Assembly (NCBI RefSeq): GCF_009834535.1
Contig: NC_045698.1
Location: 8,806,001-8,870,000, forward strand
Origin: Camelus ferus
Lineage: Eukaryota
Length of the DNA: 64,000 nt
Direction: 5' to 3'
Below are positions 12,371-25,599 of this stretch, piece by piece; the first letter of the stretch is position 1, and every line of letters starts with the position of its first letter. Position numbers and translations under genes: made by a program. The notes beneath the pieces are model-generated. The model saw only the letters and a program-made list of their open reading frames with translations. It was not told where the DNA came from and searched no databases.

Positions 12371-15354
12371 ACATGCATATGTGCATACTGTCATTATTCA
12401 TCAAAGTAACTTGTAAATAATAAAGAGAAATGAAATTAACTTGGAAGAAAATTGTTCTCAAACAGAAACAGAACATATCAGTGTGTCCTGCCTACAAAAC
12501 AGATGTTCTCAGCAGAACACGTTCATTTCCTGAGAACCTGTTAACTTCTTAGATTTTGATATGAATTTTGTCAGGTTCTAGAATTGTTTTTAATAAAATT
12601 CCCCAACTTCTTCAAAAGGGAAAAATTGGAGTAACTGTTGATTTTCTTCATTTGAAGAAATATTGTGTAACAGATTAATTATGTAACAAGATGGCAACTA
12701 TTTCTTGTCCTGAGGTACCCAAGGAAGACATATTCATTTATTGCTGTAACATTGTCTCTTCTGATAACTGTTTTTGATATTATCTTCCTAAAATCAGGCC
12801 CTGAGTTAAAGGTGGCTGCTGCATAGCACCAAAGCTTACTCTAGAAAGTCATGAGTAAGGAAGAAGGCTAAAGTAAGTTGGTATAAAAAAATGTATGTTG
12901 TCTATTTTTAATTAGCTCAACAAGGCAATGAAAGGTCTTTTTATCAAGAGCATACTTGTAACATAAATAAGTTTCAGCTATATTATATTTTACAACTGAT
13001 ATAAATCTATTCTAATCATAATTCACATAGAAACTCTAGCACCTTATTTGTTAGCAAACTGATTGTTAAGAAAATATTGTTTCTAGGAATAAAACACACT
13101 TGCTAATGTTGAAAATCTTAATATATGCCTTGTAAGATAGATTATAAAGTCTGGGAAATTTGCAAATGCCCTCACTGGTCTTAAGGTCTTCTAACTCTCC
13201 GGGTAACCATGAACTGACTGCACGTGTATAGTTGTATTTCATACCCTGATCAGGAATTCCGTTTTCCTCCATTCTGACCTTGTCTTATTTCAATAGGTGG
13301 TTGGCGTTACTCCTTTGTTATTGCTTAAAGGCTTCTGCTACAAGTTACAAAGAAGAAGTTAAATGTCTTGGGAGAACAAATGAGACCAATTTCTCAGAAC
13401 GTTGGGAGAAGGGGTTGTAGCAAGTACTCATGATGGTTGATATAAGAAGTAGGACCCCGCGCACAGGCTCCCAGCACCTCACGACCCTGATTCCAGAGCG
13501 GATGTCTCACAGCGCGGACCCGAGTCAGGATTTCCAGGTTTACTGCGGAAGCAGGTAATTCCATGGGGTGAGCTGCTGACTCAAGATCAGAAGAGTAAGA
13601 ATTAGTTGTGTACGTCTGATTGGCGCTGAAGAGGAAAGTTTAACTTCAATTATTTGACTTAAAATATTGTTGCTATTATTTTATTGTTTTATTTTCTGGT
13701 GGGACTGTGTGAAAACCTTTCTTTTTTAATCTAGCTACCAATTTAAAAGGACTTACTTGGGAAAAATGGAATAATACAACTTTTGAATGGTGGCTTCTTC
13801 TAACTGATCTCTCAGAATTCATAAAAAATACCTTATGGGAAATTGTATATGCATTATAAATGAATAATTAAGTATACCTAACAAGATGCTTTTTTTGAAA
13901 ATATGATGTGTATTTATAATTCTTATCTGAGAAGTGGTTAACCATTGATCCAAGTGATCTTTTTGAGTCCTTTAATTTTATGGTAAATGGTTATTTGGAT
14001 AGATAAAAAAAACAAAACAACATAAAACCAAACCCCAAATTTTCAATCACAGACGTGTCAGAGATGTAATATTTAAAGGAAAAAGGCATTTCAAAAACCC
14101 GTTCCATTACATCATGCAATTAAGGAAATAAAGGCTGTTTCATACATGGAGATTATGATCCAAATTCCTCCTATGAAAGCTCTGGTTCTTTTCTAGGGCT
14201 TACTGAACCAGGGCTTATAGGTAAATATAGAACGCTATTTCTTGGAAGGTACCTTGGTGAACTTGGAGATTCTGGTTTCCAAGCTTGGAATGCATGACTA
14301 GAAAAGGACAATGAAGTTATGTTTCACATGAGAAACATGGTTTGTAAATAGCTCTATGTGCTTTAAAAAGCCTCCAGGTTTAGTATTTATAGTTTTAGTT
14401 TTGTTAACCATACCACAAGGATATTCTTAGATGTTAATTAACATCGTTGGTTGTCTCTATATAAATAAAATAGTCAAAAACAGGAGAAATCAATAGCTCT
14501 GAATAAGAAAAACCACCAGTCAACTTTATGTCTTAGTAAAGGGCCACAACAAGGTCCTGGGAAGGCAGTTCTGTCTTCTTAGCCTCGCTGCACAATTGGG
14601 TTGCAGGAGAACAAAAAATAGGCCCTAAAAAGCTCACATTCCTCAGAATCTAAGACGAATGATCAACTGTAGGAAATTCTTTAAGGCCATGAAAATTAGA
14701 GCATTTCCAAAGCTCTGAATTTTGAGATTGGCCTTTTAAGACAAAAACCTCTTTTTCGTTAAATTTGACTCAAGTTTATTCACATGGAATTATTGTTGAC
14801 TATCCAATAATTTAAGCTATAAATACTCCTCTCAGCCTTTATTCAGGTAGCCAGTTGTTTTGAAAGTTAGACTCCCTTGCACATGATTTCCTTTCACTGG
14901 AAAACTTTCACTCAGTGCTCAAAAGTTGTCTACAATTTTTTTCTTTAAAAACATATAATGTACTATCATTCACCAGACAGTGGAAACTGGCTAACGTCTC
15001 AGACAGACAATAGAATTTTCAAACCTAGGACAACTTTCAAACCTGCAAAACTCCTGTGCTTATGAAAGGATGATCATTTATGACTTTAATTTTATGCTTG
15101 GTAGAAGCTTAGAAAAGGCAAATTGGACACTGATTATATTCCAATAATCTGCTATTCAATGGAGGAGGTGGAGATAAAATTTCCTGTTTTATCAAGTAGG
15201 AAATTCAAAGGAAACACTGCTTCTCCTCTTCATTCAAGAAGGTCAAGTGATATCATTATATTTATAGCTGACAGTGAATATCATTGACTTCCTTTTAAAT
15301 AAATATTTGCCTTTTTATACAGTGCACATGTGTATAAAATTCATTGCATAGCGA

Positions 15355-15900
15355 TTGTGCAACACATTTTTCCTGAGTGTTAATTAGGTACCAGCACTGT
15401 TCTGAGGGTCATGATATATCAGTGAATCAAGCAGACAGATCCCAGCTCTTAAGGATCTTGAACTTTCACAATTTGGAGTAAACAGAAGCAACAAAGAATA
15501 ATAATCATAATAAATATGCAAACAGTCTGGTATGTTACTTAATCATGTGGCTATTTGGGTGCAGAATAATTCAGGCGAAAGAAATAGCCTTAGGATAAGA
15601 ACATGGTAGGAGTTTTAATGAACAGCCAGGTGACCAGCGTGGATGGCGTAGCGTGAATCAGAGGAAGGTCACTCAGGGAGGAAGTCAGAGACATCCCCAG
15701 AGAGCAAGATCTTACCTTGAGGGAAACCCAAGGTCACGTCTCACTAATGACTTAAAGGCATTATTCCAGCTGATATATTAAGAAGAGACCAAGAGGTATG
15801 GAGATATGGAGAAAGGAGTAAGAACTTTAAAGAGACAATTACAATAATCCAGATGTTGACTGATGTGGCATGAACCACAGTGGTACCATTGGAAATGGGA
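15355..15900 (-). mobile_element. L2 LINE (L2a-like) 3' region
   Basis: CTGAGTG..GTACCAGCACTGTTCTGAGG..CAGTGAATCAAGCAGACAGATCCCAGCTCT.. Confidence 0.7.
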
Positions 15901-15906
15901 AAAGAA

Positions 15907-15995
15907 ATATATATACTATATATATGTATATATACACATATTGTATATTATATACATATTGTGTTTTATATGTATATATACTTCCATCCATATAT
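15907..15995. repeat. (TA)n-rich microsatellite
   Basis: Imperfect TA repeats. Confidence 0.85.
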
Positions 15996-16389
15996 AATTT
16001 GAATCCCAGTAATATAGAATATATTTTAAAAAATTGTACATGGAACATTTATAATAATTTACCATAGAACTCATGTACGTGAGTGCATGCACACACATTC
16101 ATGCAAAATCTTTTAAGAAATAAAAGTAATGTAAAAACAAGCTTGGATTGAAGAAGAAACAAAACACAAAAATCAATTTTTTTTTCCAAAATAAGTGGTG
16201 GAATGACACCCCTACAAGTGTGGTGCACAGTTAAAACACTTCCCAGAGAAAAGTTACAGCAAGAGATGTCTATATTAATACAAATTTTAAGCATGAAAAC
16301 TACTGAATTAACATGCTCAACTCAAAATGCTGAAATACAGAAGTAAACAAAAAGAGAGCAGATAAAAGAAATTAATAAAAACAAAATAG

Positions 16390-16590
16390 TTTTTTTCTGG
16401 CTTTACTGAGGTATAATTGACAAAATTTTAAGATATTTAAAGTGTACAAAGTGATGATTTAAGATACTTTAACATTGTGAAAGGTTTCCTCCACTGAGTT
16501 AATTAAAATACTCATCACCTCACGTATTTACCTTTTTTTAGGGTAAGAAAGGAACATTTAAGTTGTAATCTCAGCGAATTTCAATCATTT
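16390..16590 (-). mobile_element. L1MA-type 3' end nested in the older L1
   Basis: TTTACTGAGGTATAATTGACA..TTTAAAGTGTACA..CATCACCTCACGTATTTACC. Confidence 0.75.
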
Positions 16591-16803
16591 GGGGGAAGGG
16601 TAGAGCTCAAGTGGCAGAGCGCATGCTCAGCACCCAAGAGGTCAGGGGTTCAAATCCCAGTACCTCCTCCAAGCAGAAATCAATGAAGAAACCTAATTAC
16701 CTCCCTCTCAAAAAAAAAAAAAACCAAAAAACAAAACAAACAAACAAACAAAAAAAACCCCAAAAACATTACAAGCCAAAAACCTGTGCTTTAATTTAAA
16801 AAA
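16591..16803 (+). mobile_element. tRNA-Ala-derived SINE (Vic-1-like)
   Basis: GGGGGAAGGGTAGAGCTCAAGTGGCAGAGCG..GGTTCAAATCCCAGTACCTCC..CCTAATTACCTCCC, A-rich tail; perfect 14-bp TSD AATTTCAATCATTT at 16577-16590 / 16804-16817. Confidence 0.92.
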
Positions 16804-18959
16804 AATTTCAATCATTTAACAAATTGGAAAAAAGAAAAAAAAAAAAAAGAAACTAATAAACCCATAAGCAAGTTGTTTGAAGAAAATCAACAACTAGGCA
16901 AAACAGCAGTTAAGTAAAGAAAATTTAAAAACTAAATCTCAAAAAGAAACAGACTACTTCCATAGAAGAAATAGAGAAATAAGTTAACACATAAAGAGAG
17001 GAAGTAGCTACAGAGCTTGCCCCCAAAAATTCCAGACCCAAACAGTTCATGAAGAAATCTAGCAAAGACCAAAGAATCATAATGCAGTATAAGTTGTCCC
17101 AGAGACTAAAAAGAAACATACATAAAGTTGATTTATGAAGCTAGAAAAGCTTGGAATTTTAAACCCAACAAAGATCGTACTAAACAGAAAAGCTACAGGC
17201 TGGTCTTAATTATGAATATTCATGTAGAAATCTTGTGTAAAATACTAACAGACAGTCGGTTTAAAATAGAAGACATCATGACGAAGTGGGATTTATTCCG
17301 AGGATGCAAGGATGGTTTCAATATTAGGAAATTCAAAAGTCTGATCCCCTATATTGATTGATCTGAGGAGAAAAGAATAAAGGGTCCTCTCCACAGATGA
17401 GAAAAAGTGTGAGACAAAATCCAACAGGCTTTCAGATTTAAAAACAACAACAACGAACACAGCTTAATAATACATAAAATCATAGACGCTTAATACCAAG
17501 TTCACGTATAGAGGCCGATGGGTGAGAATGAATTTGTGCCAGGAAATAGTCTGTAGCTAATATAGCTGGAGCTTAAGATGTGAATGTGAGGAAAGGAGGT
17601 TAGAGAAGTGAAAAAGGGTGTGTAGAGAACATTTTATTTTATCTTGACGGCATTGGGAAATTATAAATTGTGGTCAGCAGGAGATCTGATTAATTTTAGC
17701 TTTTGTAAAGATGACTGTTCTCCACGTGTGTAGCAGAGGAAAGGAGGCAGATAGGTTGGTGCCATCAAGAACAGTGGAGATCTGTGGGCAATGACGTGTG
17801 AATTGAACACTGAACTCAAAGTAGGTCTTTGATAAATACAGTACTTAATTTGCAGTTAGAAAAAATAACCCAAGTAACATTTACTGTTCTGATTTTATTT
17901 CAAAATCTTTGAAGATCTTGCACTAACAAGGGATCAATGTTATTGGCTACAAAAAATTATTTCACAATTCTAGAGATTAATAGAATATGAAGTAATAGAG
18001 AGTTTATGACTTCCATCTTCTCTATTACTGGAGTCTGGTCTAAGACAACTTTTTTTTTTTCTGTTAATATTTTCTTGTTTTTTTTAATATTTAAAATGTG
18101 TTAGATTTTTTATTTGTATAATTTAAAAGGTGCAGAAACAACATATAAAAGAAGCTCTTTTAACTAAAAAAAAACAAACAAATAGAACTTCTTGCATTCA
18201 GATGTGCAAAAAACAAAATTTACAATATGTGAGAAAAAATACTCAGGGGTACAGACTGTGTGACATGATTTTTCTCCCCTAGCATCTGTACAGTGTTATT
18301 TCCCACCTCCTGTGTTTAATGAGAAGAAATAAAGAAATCGCATATGCAGCTTCATATATTTACATTTTAAAACCATCCTTACAAGAGTTAGCATGTTGTC
18401 ACTCTCCACCAGACAAATTCTCTTATTTTCCTTTGATTATGAACAATGTACCTAATTTAGACTTCAAGTTTCTCATCATCTCAGTGGTTTCCACTATCAT
18501 CAAAATCTTTAAAGAATGCAATTAGAGACAAATGCAAGAAAGTATGCTATGAATTGTCAAATGATGAAAAGTATAGTAGAATTTTAAGTGGGATCCCATT
18601 GGATTTATGGGAGTGAGGCAGTTACATTGTGTCTTGAAAGGTGTGAAAAATTTGGCAGGGTTAAGATCAAGTGTATTTCAGTCCTTTAGTTCAGAATGTG
18701 CATAAGGTATTCCAAAAAGAGGAAGATTCATGTTAAATTAAAATGCTAGTAGGGATCCCATTTCCAAGGGGCTATTACTGATCAAGAATTTTTCATTATC
18801 TGCGTAACGTTGGGCACCAAAAAATTAAGTGCTTATTTTTATATTAATTTATTTTAAATGCTTGAGACCTGTTGTTACTGTACTGTATTTTATGTATAAA
18901 GGCTCATCTTTTTATTATCATTCCTTCTCCATGAATTAAAGAAATAAGTTTTTGAGGAG

Positions 18960-19110
18960 GTCTGTCAAAACGTAGAGATCATCTTGCTCATCCCACTCAG
19001 GTTTACAGAGGAAAGGAAATTTCTAGAAGAGTGTGGTGGCTCAGCCTGAAATACCCAGTTTATTGAGTAAGAGCTGAGGATAGCGGACGACCACGGCTGT
19101 GAATTCTTAG
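18960..19110 (-). mobile_element. MIR-like SINE fragment
   Basis: AGAGATCATCT..TTTACAGAGGAAAGGAAAT..AGAGCTGAGGA. Confidence 0.5.
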
Positions 19111-21011
19111 GGCCCTCTTCCTTCCTTCTCACCCAGTCATCCGTTTAGACAGATGCTTGGTAATTCCTCTCAGATTTTAAAAACTGAACGTAACTGTGAA
19201 AGAAGTCTGAACAGTGCAAAAACCATGAATTATTTTTAAACTAATACCTGTGAGTTAGCAGAGTTCGTATTTGGCAGAAGGCTGGCATTCAAAAATAGAC
19301 TTTGAAGCCTAATTTTACTGCTTTTAAATGTGTCTTTCTGGTAGGTCTGATTTTGACCAGGCAGTATTTTGTTATTGGCAAAATGCAGCCCAAGCCTAAG
19401 TAGTCTTCTCGGCCACTATTAATATAAGTTTTATTGAATGGAAGTTTTTGTAAAAAGCTGGAAAGTTCGGCATCTTTCAAATAATATCTTTCAATAAATG
19501 CTTAAAATGTACTTTTAAAATAGAGTCTCTTTGACCTTGAAATTTTCCTACAGAAAGGCATTATTAAGCTTCATCTTCAAGATAAAGCAATTGAAGCCAG
19601 AGTAATCATGTAAATTATGAAGATAAAATAGTCCAGTAATGACAGAACTGGATTCTAAATCCACCTGTTGTGGATCTCGGGTGAGTATGTCCTCATTAAT
19701 ATTTCCTCTCCTCACATTTTGAAATTAAATCTTATCTTTTGCTTCTGTAGATCAATATTGAAGTTCAGCTTGTCTTCTTCTAAATAAAGTACAAATGTCA
19801 AATCATTGGATAAACTAGACTGGTTTCCAAATGCGTGCAGTCTAAATTTTTCAGCTGAAAGAACTAAATGGTTGATACCTTTTAAGGGAAATGATGGAAC
19901 AATGGAGAAAACTGTAATTCCATTAATATGGAATTACAAGGTCATAGCACTAAAACCAGGATCACTGTTTACCTACACAGTATAAAAATTTGCATTCTCA
20001 AAATTTTCATTTTAGTTTTTCCTATGGAATTTAAGATATGGTTGTCCTTCTTCTTCTACCAAAGCTTTGCATAATTTTACTACAGCAAAAGTTGGGATAT
20101 TATCAACACTAATATAATGAAAATGCTAATGTTTCTTATACACTCAGTGACCTGTCTGGAGGTATCGCTTGCACGGTTGACTGACTTTAAACAGGAAACC
20201 AAAAAATTCATCTAGCTGTTTTCAGTGAAACATCTCAGTGATTCACTTAGCGAATGGAAATATCTTATTCTAAGCCATGTAACTACCAGTTATAATCAAT
20301 CAGGAGTTACTAGTTGAGCTCCACTTACACTAAAAATAGCCTCCATTTCTATAATATTTGGCAGTTAAGATGATTTCCTATAGACACTTCCTTGTTAAGT
20401 CATCATATCAACTCTTGGAATTAGTGAGATGTCTACTTTCACAGGGTGAGCTGAGTACCTAAAAACATCCTGAGAATGAACACGGTGACATCTCTCCGAT
20501 CTTTTCATTCCAAACCACCTGCGCTTCCCCCCTACTTATTACTCCATGGTGTAACTTGTCACTAGTCTTCCCACTGTGGCAAAAGTCACTAACTTAAAAT
20601 TTTTTTTAATCCAATAAGTGAGTTGAGTCTACAACACATGAAACAAAATAAAAAGGAGCAATCTCCTTAGTAATTGCACTGATCAGAGAAGCCTTAATGT
20701 AAGATTCAAAGCTTCAGGCTGTGTATACCTTACATATTCTCAAAGAGAACTTTGGACTTCATCTAACTCAGATTAATCTCACCCTCCACCCTCCTGCTGC
20801 AGCATATTATTTGAACTTTGATATTACATTCATCACGGCGCACCTCTTCTCTAAGTTACATATGCTGTGATTGGTTCTGAACTCAAATTATTAAGGTTCC
20901 AGAAGGTCAAGACATTATCTATTTCTTCCCTGTATCACCCCATACCTATCAGAGTGGTCGTCAACAAGTTTGTGTGTTGAATTAAAAATATATATACCAG
21001 TCAGTGTCTGC

Positions 21012-21200
21012 TAACAAGTTTATACTGTATAGCACAGGAAAATATATTCAATATCTTGTAGTAGCTCACAGTGAAAAAGAATCTGAAAAGGAATATATGT
21101 ATACCCACGTGTGACTGAAGCATTGTGCTGTACTCCAGAAATTGACACAACATTGTAAACTGACTATATGTCAATAATAATTTAAAAAAAAACTAAAAAC
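21012..21200 (+). mobile_element. 5'-truncated L1 3' end (cetartiodactyl-type)
   Basis: ACTGTATAGCACAGGAAAATATATTCAATATCTTGTA..GCTGTACTCCAGAAATTGACACAACATTGTAAAC..CAATAA plus A-tail; possible TSD AATATATATA. Confidence 0.85.
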
Positions 21201-21264
21201 GAATATATATAGAAGGTGGATAGGCAGGGTCTGCCCTGATTTCAATGGGGGAAGGGAAATAATG

Positions 21265-21480
21265 TATTTAAACACACATTGTGTGTCAGACATTTGGCAA
21301 ACTGCTTTTAAACTTCTTAGGACAGAAGTCACATAAAATAGTTATTATAATCATTAGTACATTCAAAGATGTGTAAACTGAGGCTCTGCAGCATTAAGGT
21401 TTTCTGTCGATTATAAGTGACACAGTCAGGAAAGAGTCCAGGCTTATCTGTCTCCAAGTACCTGCTGCCTTCCACTCCCT
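21265..21480 (-). mobile_element. MIR SINE
   Basis: TGTGTCAGACA..AGATGTGTAAACTGAGGCTCTGCAGCATTAAG. Confidence 0.65.
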
Positions 21481-21845
21481 CCTAGAGCCTTCCGTTAGCG
21501 ACATCCTTCGGCAACAAATGGGAATCCATATTCCAAGTGGGAGCACCATGTTTGTGACTCGGGCTAGAAGCGTAGGAATCTCATGTAAACCATGTTCAGG
21601 CAATTCTGGGCTTGACTTGGGTTGCTATTTAGGATTTTGAGAATTGTTTTTAGAATTTCACACTAAGTTAAGCAACAAATCATCCTGTCTTTAAGAAATG
21701 AATTTCCTTTCATGTATTCACCACAACCCAGTTCTGGCTCTCAATTTTGCTGGGCTAAAGAATGATATGCTGTGAGTGCCCTTGGCACAACCTTAGCGAA
21801 TGACTCCAACTGGCTAATTCACTAAATAACAATGGAAAGCTAAAT

Positions 21846-21945
21846 TCTTTCTTTCTCTATCCCTTCTTTCCTCCTCTCCTCTCTCCTCCTCTACTGTCCT
21901 TCCTTCTTCCTTCCTTCCTCTCTCTCCTTTTTTCTTTTCCTCTCT
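21846..21945. repeat. Polypyrimidine (CT-rich) low-complexity tract
   Basis: Almost pure C/T. Confidence 0.85.
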
Positions 21946-22475
21946 ATCTATGAAAGATACAACTGCTAGCCAGAGTCAGTCACCTATTACTCCAAATGGA
22001 ACAGGAAATCTTGAGAAGTCAGTGAATTAGAGGGAGACTTGATTAAAATAGTTTAGAATTGTGTTCCATATGTTCATTCATAAGCACTTATTAAGTACCT
22101 ACTGCTTAGACATAGAGATACATACTGAGAGATACTGACTGCATTCACAACCTAGTAAAGTTACAACTGTGGAAATAAACAAGTGTTTACCATTTAATGG
22201 TAACAAAGAAGAACAGAGTGATTACAGAATATCTAACAACATCAAGCTTTCCTTGCCTATAATAATCACCGCATCCCCCACCACACTAAAAATACTCCCG
22301 CATCAGTGCTTCTGCGACTGTCATTTCACTATGCTTCGATTGATGACCAACAGCTCTTACAATTCAGAGGTGTTTTCTGGAATGTGGCAGGTATTCAATA
22401 AACATATCAGCACCAGGCCTGCTACTGACAGATTGGCTTTGAGGGGATTTTTAGATTTGGCGAAAGTAATTTAAT

Positions 22476-22719
22476 CTGAGAGCTTGTTTGGAGGGTCCAG
22501 CAGGGGAGCGCAGCTGCTCATACACCCTTGACCGAGAAGAACGGTCCTCCTCTATCGGGGATGGTCGTCCTCTTCGAAGGAGCGCGCAGCTTCGGGAGGG
22601 ATGCACGTGGAGCGGTGAGGGAGGAAGGGGACACCCGCCTAGCCAGCCAGATCAGCTGAATCCACCCAGGTGATCAGTGGGGTAACAGATGTCGCAGCCA
22701 GACTGCCCGCCCTCACATC
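22476..22719 (-). pseudogene. RN7SKP: 7SK snRNA retropseudogene, 3'-truncated (about the first 240 nt of 7SK), no poly(A) tail
   Basis: Minus strand reads GATGTGAGGGCG..TCTGGCTGCGACATCTGT..GCTGATCTGGCTGGCTAGGCGGGTGTCCCCTTCCTCCCTCACCGCTCC..CCTCCAAACAAGCTCTCA, matching 7SK; perfect TSD CGAAAGTAATTTAAT at 22461-22475 / 22719-22733. Confidence 0.97.
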
Positions 22720-23464
22720 GAAAGTAATTTAATTTGAATAAGAAAGAAGAAGCAAATGAAGTTAACGGAAATACAGATAATTCTTGCTCTCAGCTTTCTA
22801 GTGAGTTCCCGCAATGCAACCTGCCAAGCACCTCTGACATGGCTCTCATAACCATTGTCCACTTACCGAGGCTTCCAAAGAGACTGAACCAAAAAACGCG
22901 TATGTATTAACTTCTCCAGGTACATGTGTTCAACACTTTGTTAAATGTACTTGCGCAACTGTAACTATACAATGGTTAATTTCCTATTTAAATAACAAAT
23001 GGAAGCCATTTGGGGGAACACTTTGATTTTCTTTTAGGGGAGATTCCAAAAATAAATGGTGATAAGTGGAGAAAATTTCACATTTCTCTCTAGTGATAAC
23101 ATATGAGAGAAAGACATGTGATATGAAGGATGCTGTTCTGTACGAGCTGGCAGACAAATAAGTGAGAAATAAAGTATAAGCTCTGGGTATAAGATTTTTG
23201 AGGCTATGTATGTTTTCTTTTTTTCTTCTTTTTTTAAGAAAAGTATTCCAGGTTACTTAGCATGTCTTCTTGATTATCGTAAACATTCAAGAACAAAGAT
23301 GAAGTTTGTGAAGACAGATGAAAAGACTCAAGTTGACATTTTGGATTTGGAGTAATAGATTATTGACTTTAGGGATATAATGGCACCCCTCCAGGTTTTA
23401 GAAACAATTAAAGCAAAATTTCTTTTGGTGTTTGAATGGCACAAACTTTTTGTATAGAACTGCA

Positions 23465-23635
23465 CTTCTCATTGCAGGAAGATGATTTTTCCTGGGACTT
23501 CTGCAAACTCCATCCCTGAAACACTAAATATTGAAGGCACCTACATCCCATAATTACCTTGACAGCCAAAATATTACCCGCCCCGCATTAAAACATCTCT
23601 AGAATCCCAGTCTCTCTCTTGACTGGAGATCACTT
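23465..23635. mobile_element. MER20-like hAT fragment
   Basis: CCATCCCTG..CACTAAAT..TGACAGCCAAAA..GAGATCACT. Confidence 0.4.
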
Positions 23636-23959
23636 GCAATTACATCTTATAAGGTAACAAAAAATTAGTAAGAAGATCTAAAAACTCTAGGGGAAGATTG
23701 ATTCATAACCCTCCTTCATTTCTAAGTGACTTAAGTAGTATTTCTGATAATTTTCTTGCTACCTTATAAGTCCCCAACAAACTGGGTACCTGAGTATTTC
23801 TTATCATATTTCAAACCCCTAGCAGAGTGTGATTGGTGCAGTTCAGGTTATGAGTCTCTCACTCAGGAATCTTCCAGCTCAGGAGCCGGGCAATGGGATA
23901 CCTCAGATGGGCCACTGGAGAAGTATTATAGTGTTTATTGCCTTATAACTGATCTAGGT

Positions 23960-24230
23960 CGCCTGCAACTAGACATATTTTACTAACCCTTCCCAATGTT
24001 TTAAATTGACTTGGGTGTCAATATTTAAAAATCAGAAGGTTCCAAGTAAACAGCTGGTTACCACTTTGTAAAGGCAATAAGCAAGCAACGTTGAGTCTAT
24101 TTCCACATGTTCACAAAAGGCTAAAGCTGGAGAGGAATTGCCCTTTAGTTGGGGCACCTACTCCCTATAGATAATGAACTCCAGTCTCTTAAGTTACCTA
24201 CCCGATCCTGCCAGCATCTGAGTGTGCGGT
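23960..24230. mobile_element. MER102-like hAT-Charlie element
   Basis: TTTAAAAATCAGAAG..GCCCTTTAGTTGGGGCA..GTTACCTACCCGATCCTGCCAGCATCTGAGTGTGCG. Confidence 0.6.
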
Positions 24231-25599
24231 GGACAAAGGAGCTCTCTAAGAGAAACTAGCTGTAAATTTCAAGAGCAATGCAAATTTTAAAAAGTTTTTA
24301 AAAAAGTGCAAATATGATGTATTAAACATGTAGCTTTAAGCTTTTCTGTGTTATTTTTCTGGACAGGAAAAAAATCTAATGATTTCTTCTAAATGCAGAA
24401 GGAAAGGAAAATATGTTGATTTTGAATAAACAGCCATCTTCTATTTATAATGCCTTTTAAAAGGCAAGTGAGTTCCTGGAATGTGCTGACTACCATTTTT
24501 GCCAACTTCTCTTCTGCTCATTAGCAACTTCACATAAAGTAACATGAGAGTCCCTGCTGTAACTATTAATTCATTAGAGAACTGATTGCGTTTTCATTTT
24601 CACCTTTTTGAGCCATCAGATGCATACTTATTCCTGATAAAAATGTCTTCACTTGTCTACTTCTCTTTTGGGCTTTATTTTAAACAAAGTATTGGGGGTT
24701 TTTTCCCCCCTTTTAGATGCATTTTAGCTTGCTATTTGCTCAAATCAGCCAAGTAGAATAGTTTTTGCTGTTATTCTGCTATTTTTTTTTAATCAAGTTC
24801 AAACAGTTGATAAAGATATTTCTTTTAAGAAAAGGAGTGACTTGTCTTTCTTTCGATATTTCTATCTCCAAATGAATCGGAAATTCTTGAAGACTCACAC
24901 TGCCATTTGAAAGAATCAGTATTATAATATTTCTGTCAAATCTATAATAACTAGATTTAATGAAGGGTTTCTTCGTGATAGAAATACAGTTGCATTGATT
25001 TTCAATGGGAAGACGTATTACAACTAGGGATAGGATAAGGGAGGGAAAATTGACGTCTAAATTGATTGCAACCTCTGAAAATCTGACTAGGCTCATCATG
25101 TGAAAGTTTTCTTAGAATGAAAGCATAGTCAGAGTACTCTTTTAAATATCTCAACACAGCTTTCAAATTGCAGCACTATGCTGAACCCATGAAGTGTTCT
25201 ATTGTTTAAACCAATTGATAGAAATATTGATGAAATAATAGCACATCATAACCACATAGTAAATTTTTGGAAGTGAAATAATGGGCAGTATGATTAGAAC
25301 CTTTGTTTTCTTTCATATTATTTATCTATACAGAATTGATTATAGCCGTAAATTTTCTTTTGCCTACTCCTAGTCAACATTAAGGATTCACTTCACATCG
25401 AAGAGTGGGTTCTTAAGATAATCTTAGTGTGGTGAGCAAGAAAACATACTAAGCAAGCTGGGACCTTGGAACAGTGCTGACTTTGATCTCTGTTTGCTAA
25501 GAGCTCCTCTTCTATGAACTCTTGTGTCTCCATTAATTGTTCAACCACTGAAGTGGCATAAATACAGCTGAGTGCTTAGCATCAAATGAGTTTTCTGTT

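Larger units (their letters stand above)
16030..17450 (+). mobile_element. Old L1 ORF2 remnant (RT region), interrupted by younger elements
   Basis: ORF 17128 KPNKD..SYRLVLIMNIHVEILCKIL resembles L1 KPGRD..NFRPISLMNIDAKILNKIL; frameshifted continuation HHDEVGFIPRMQGWFNIRK. Confidence 0.85.

Noticed and set aside
22488..22673. 61-aa GC-rich ORF
   Set aside because: Antisense reading of the 7SK pseudogene
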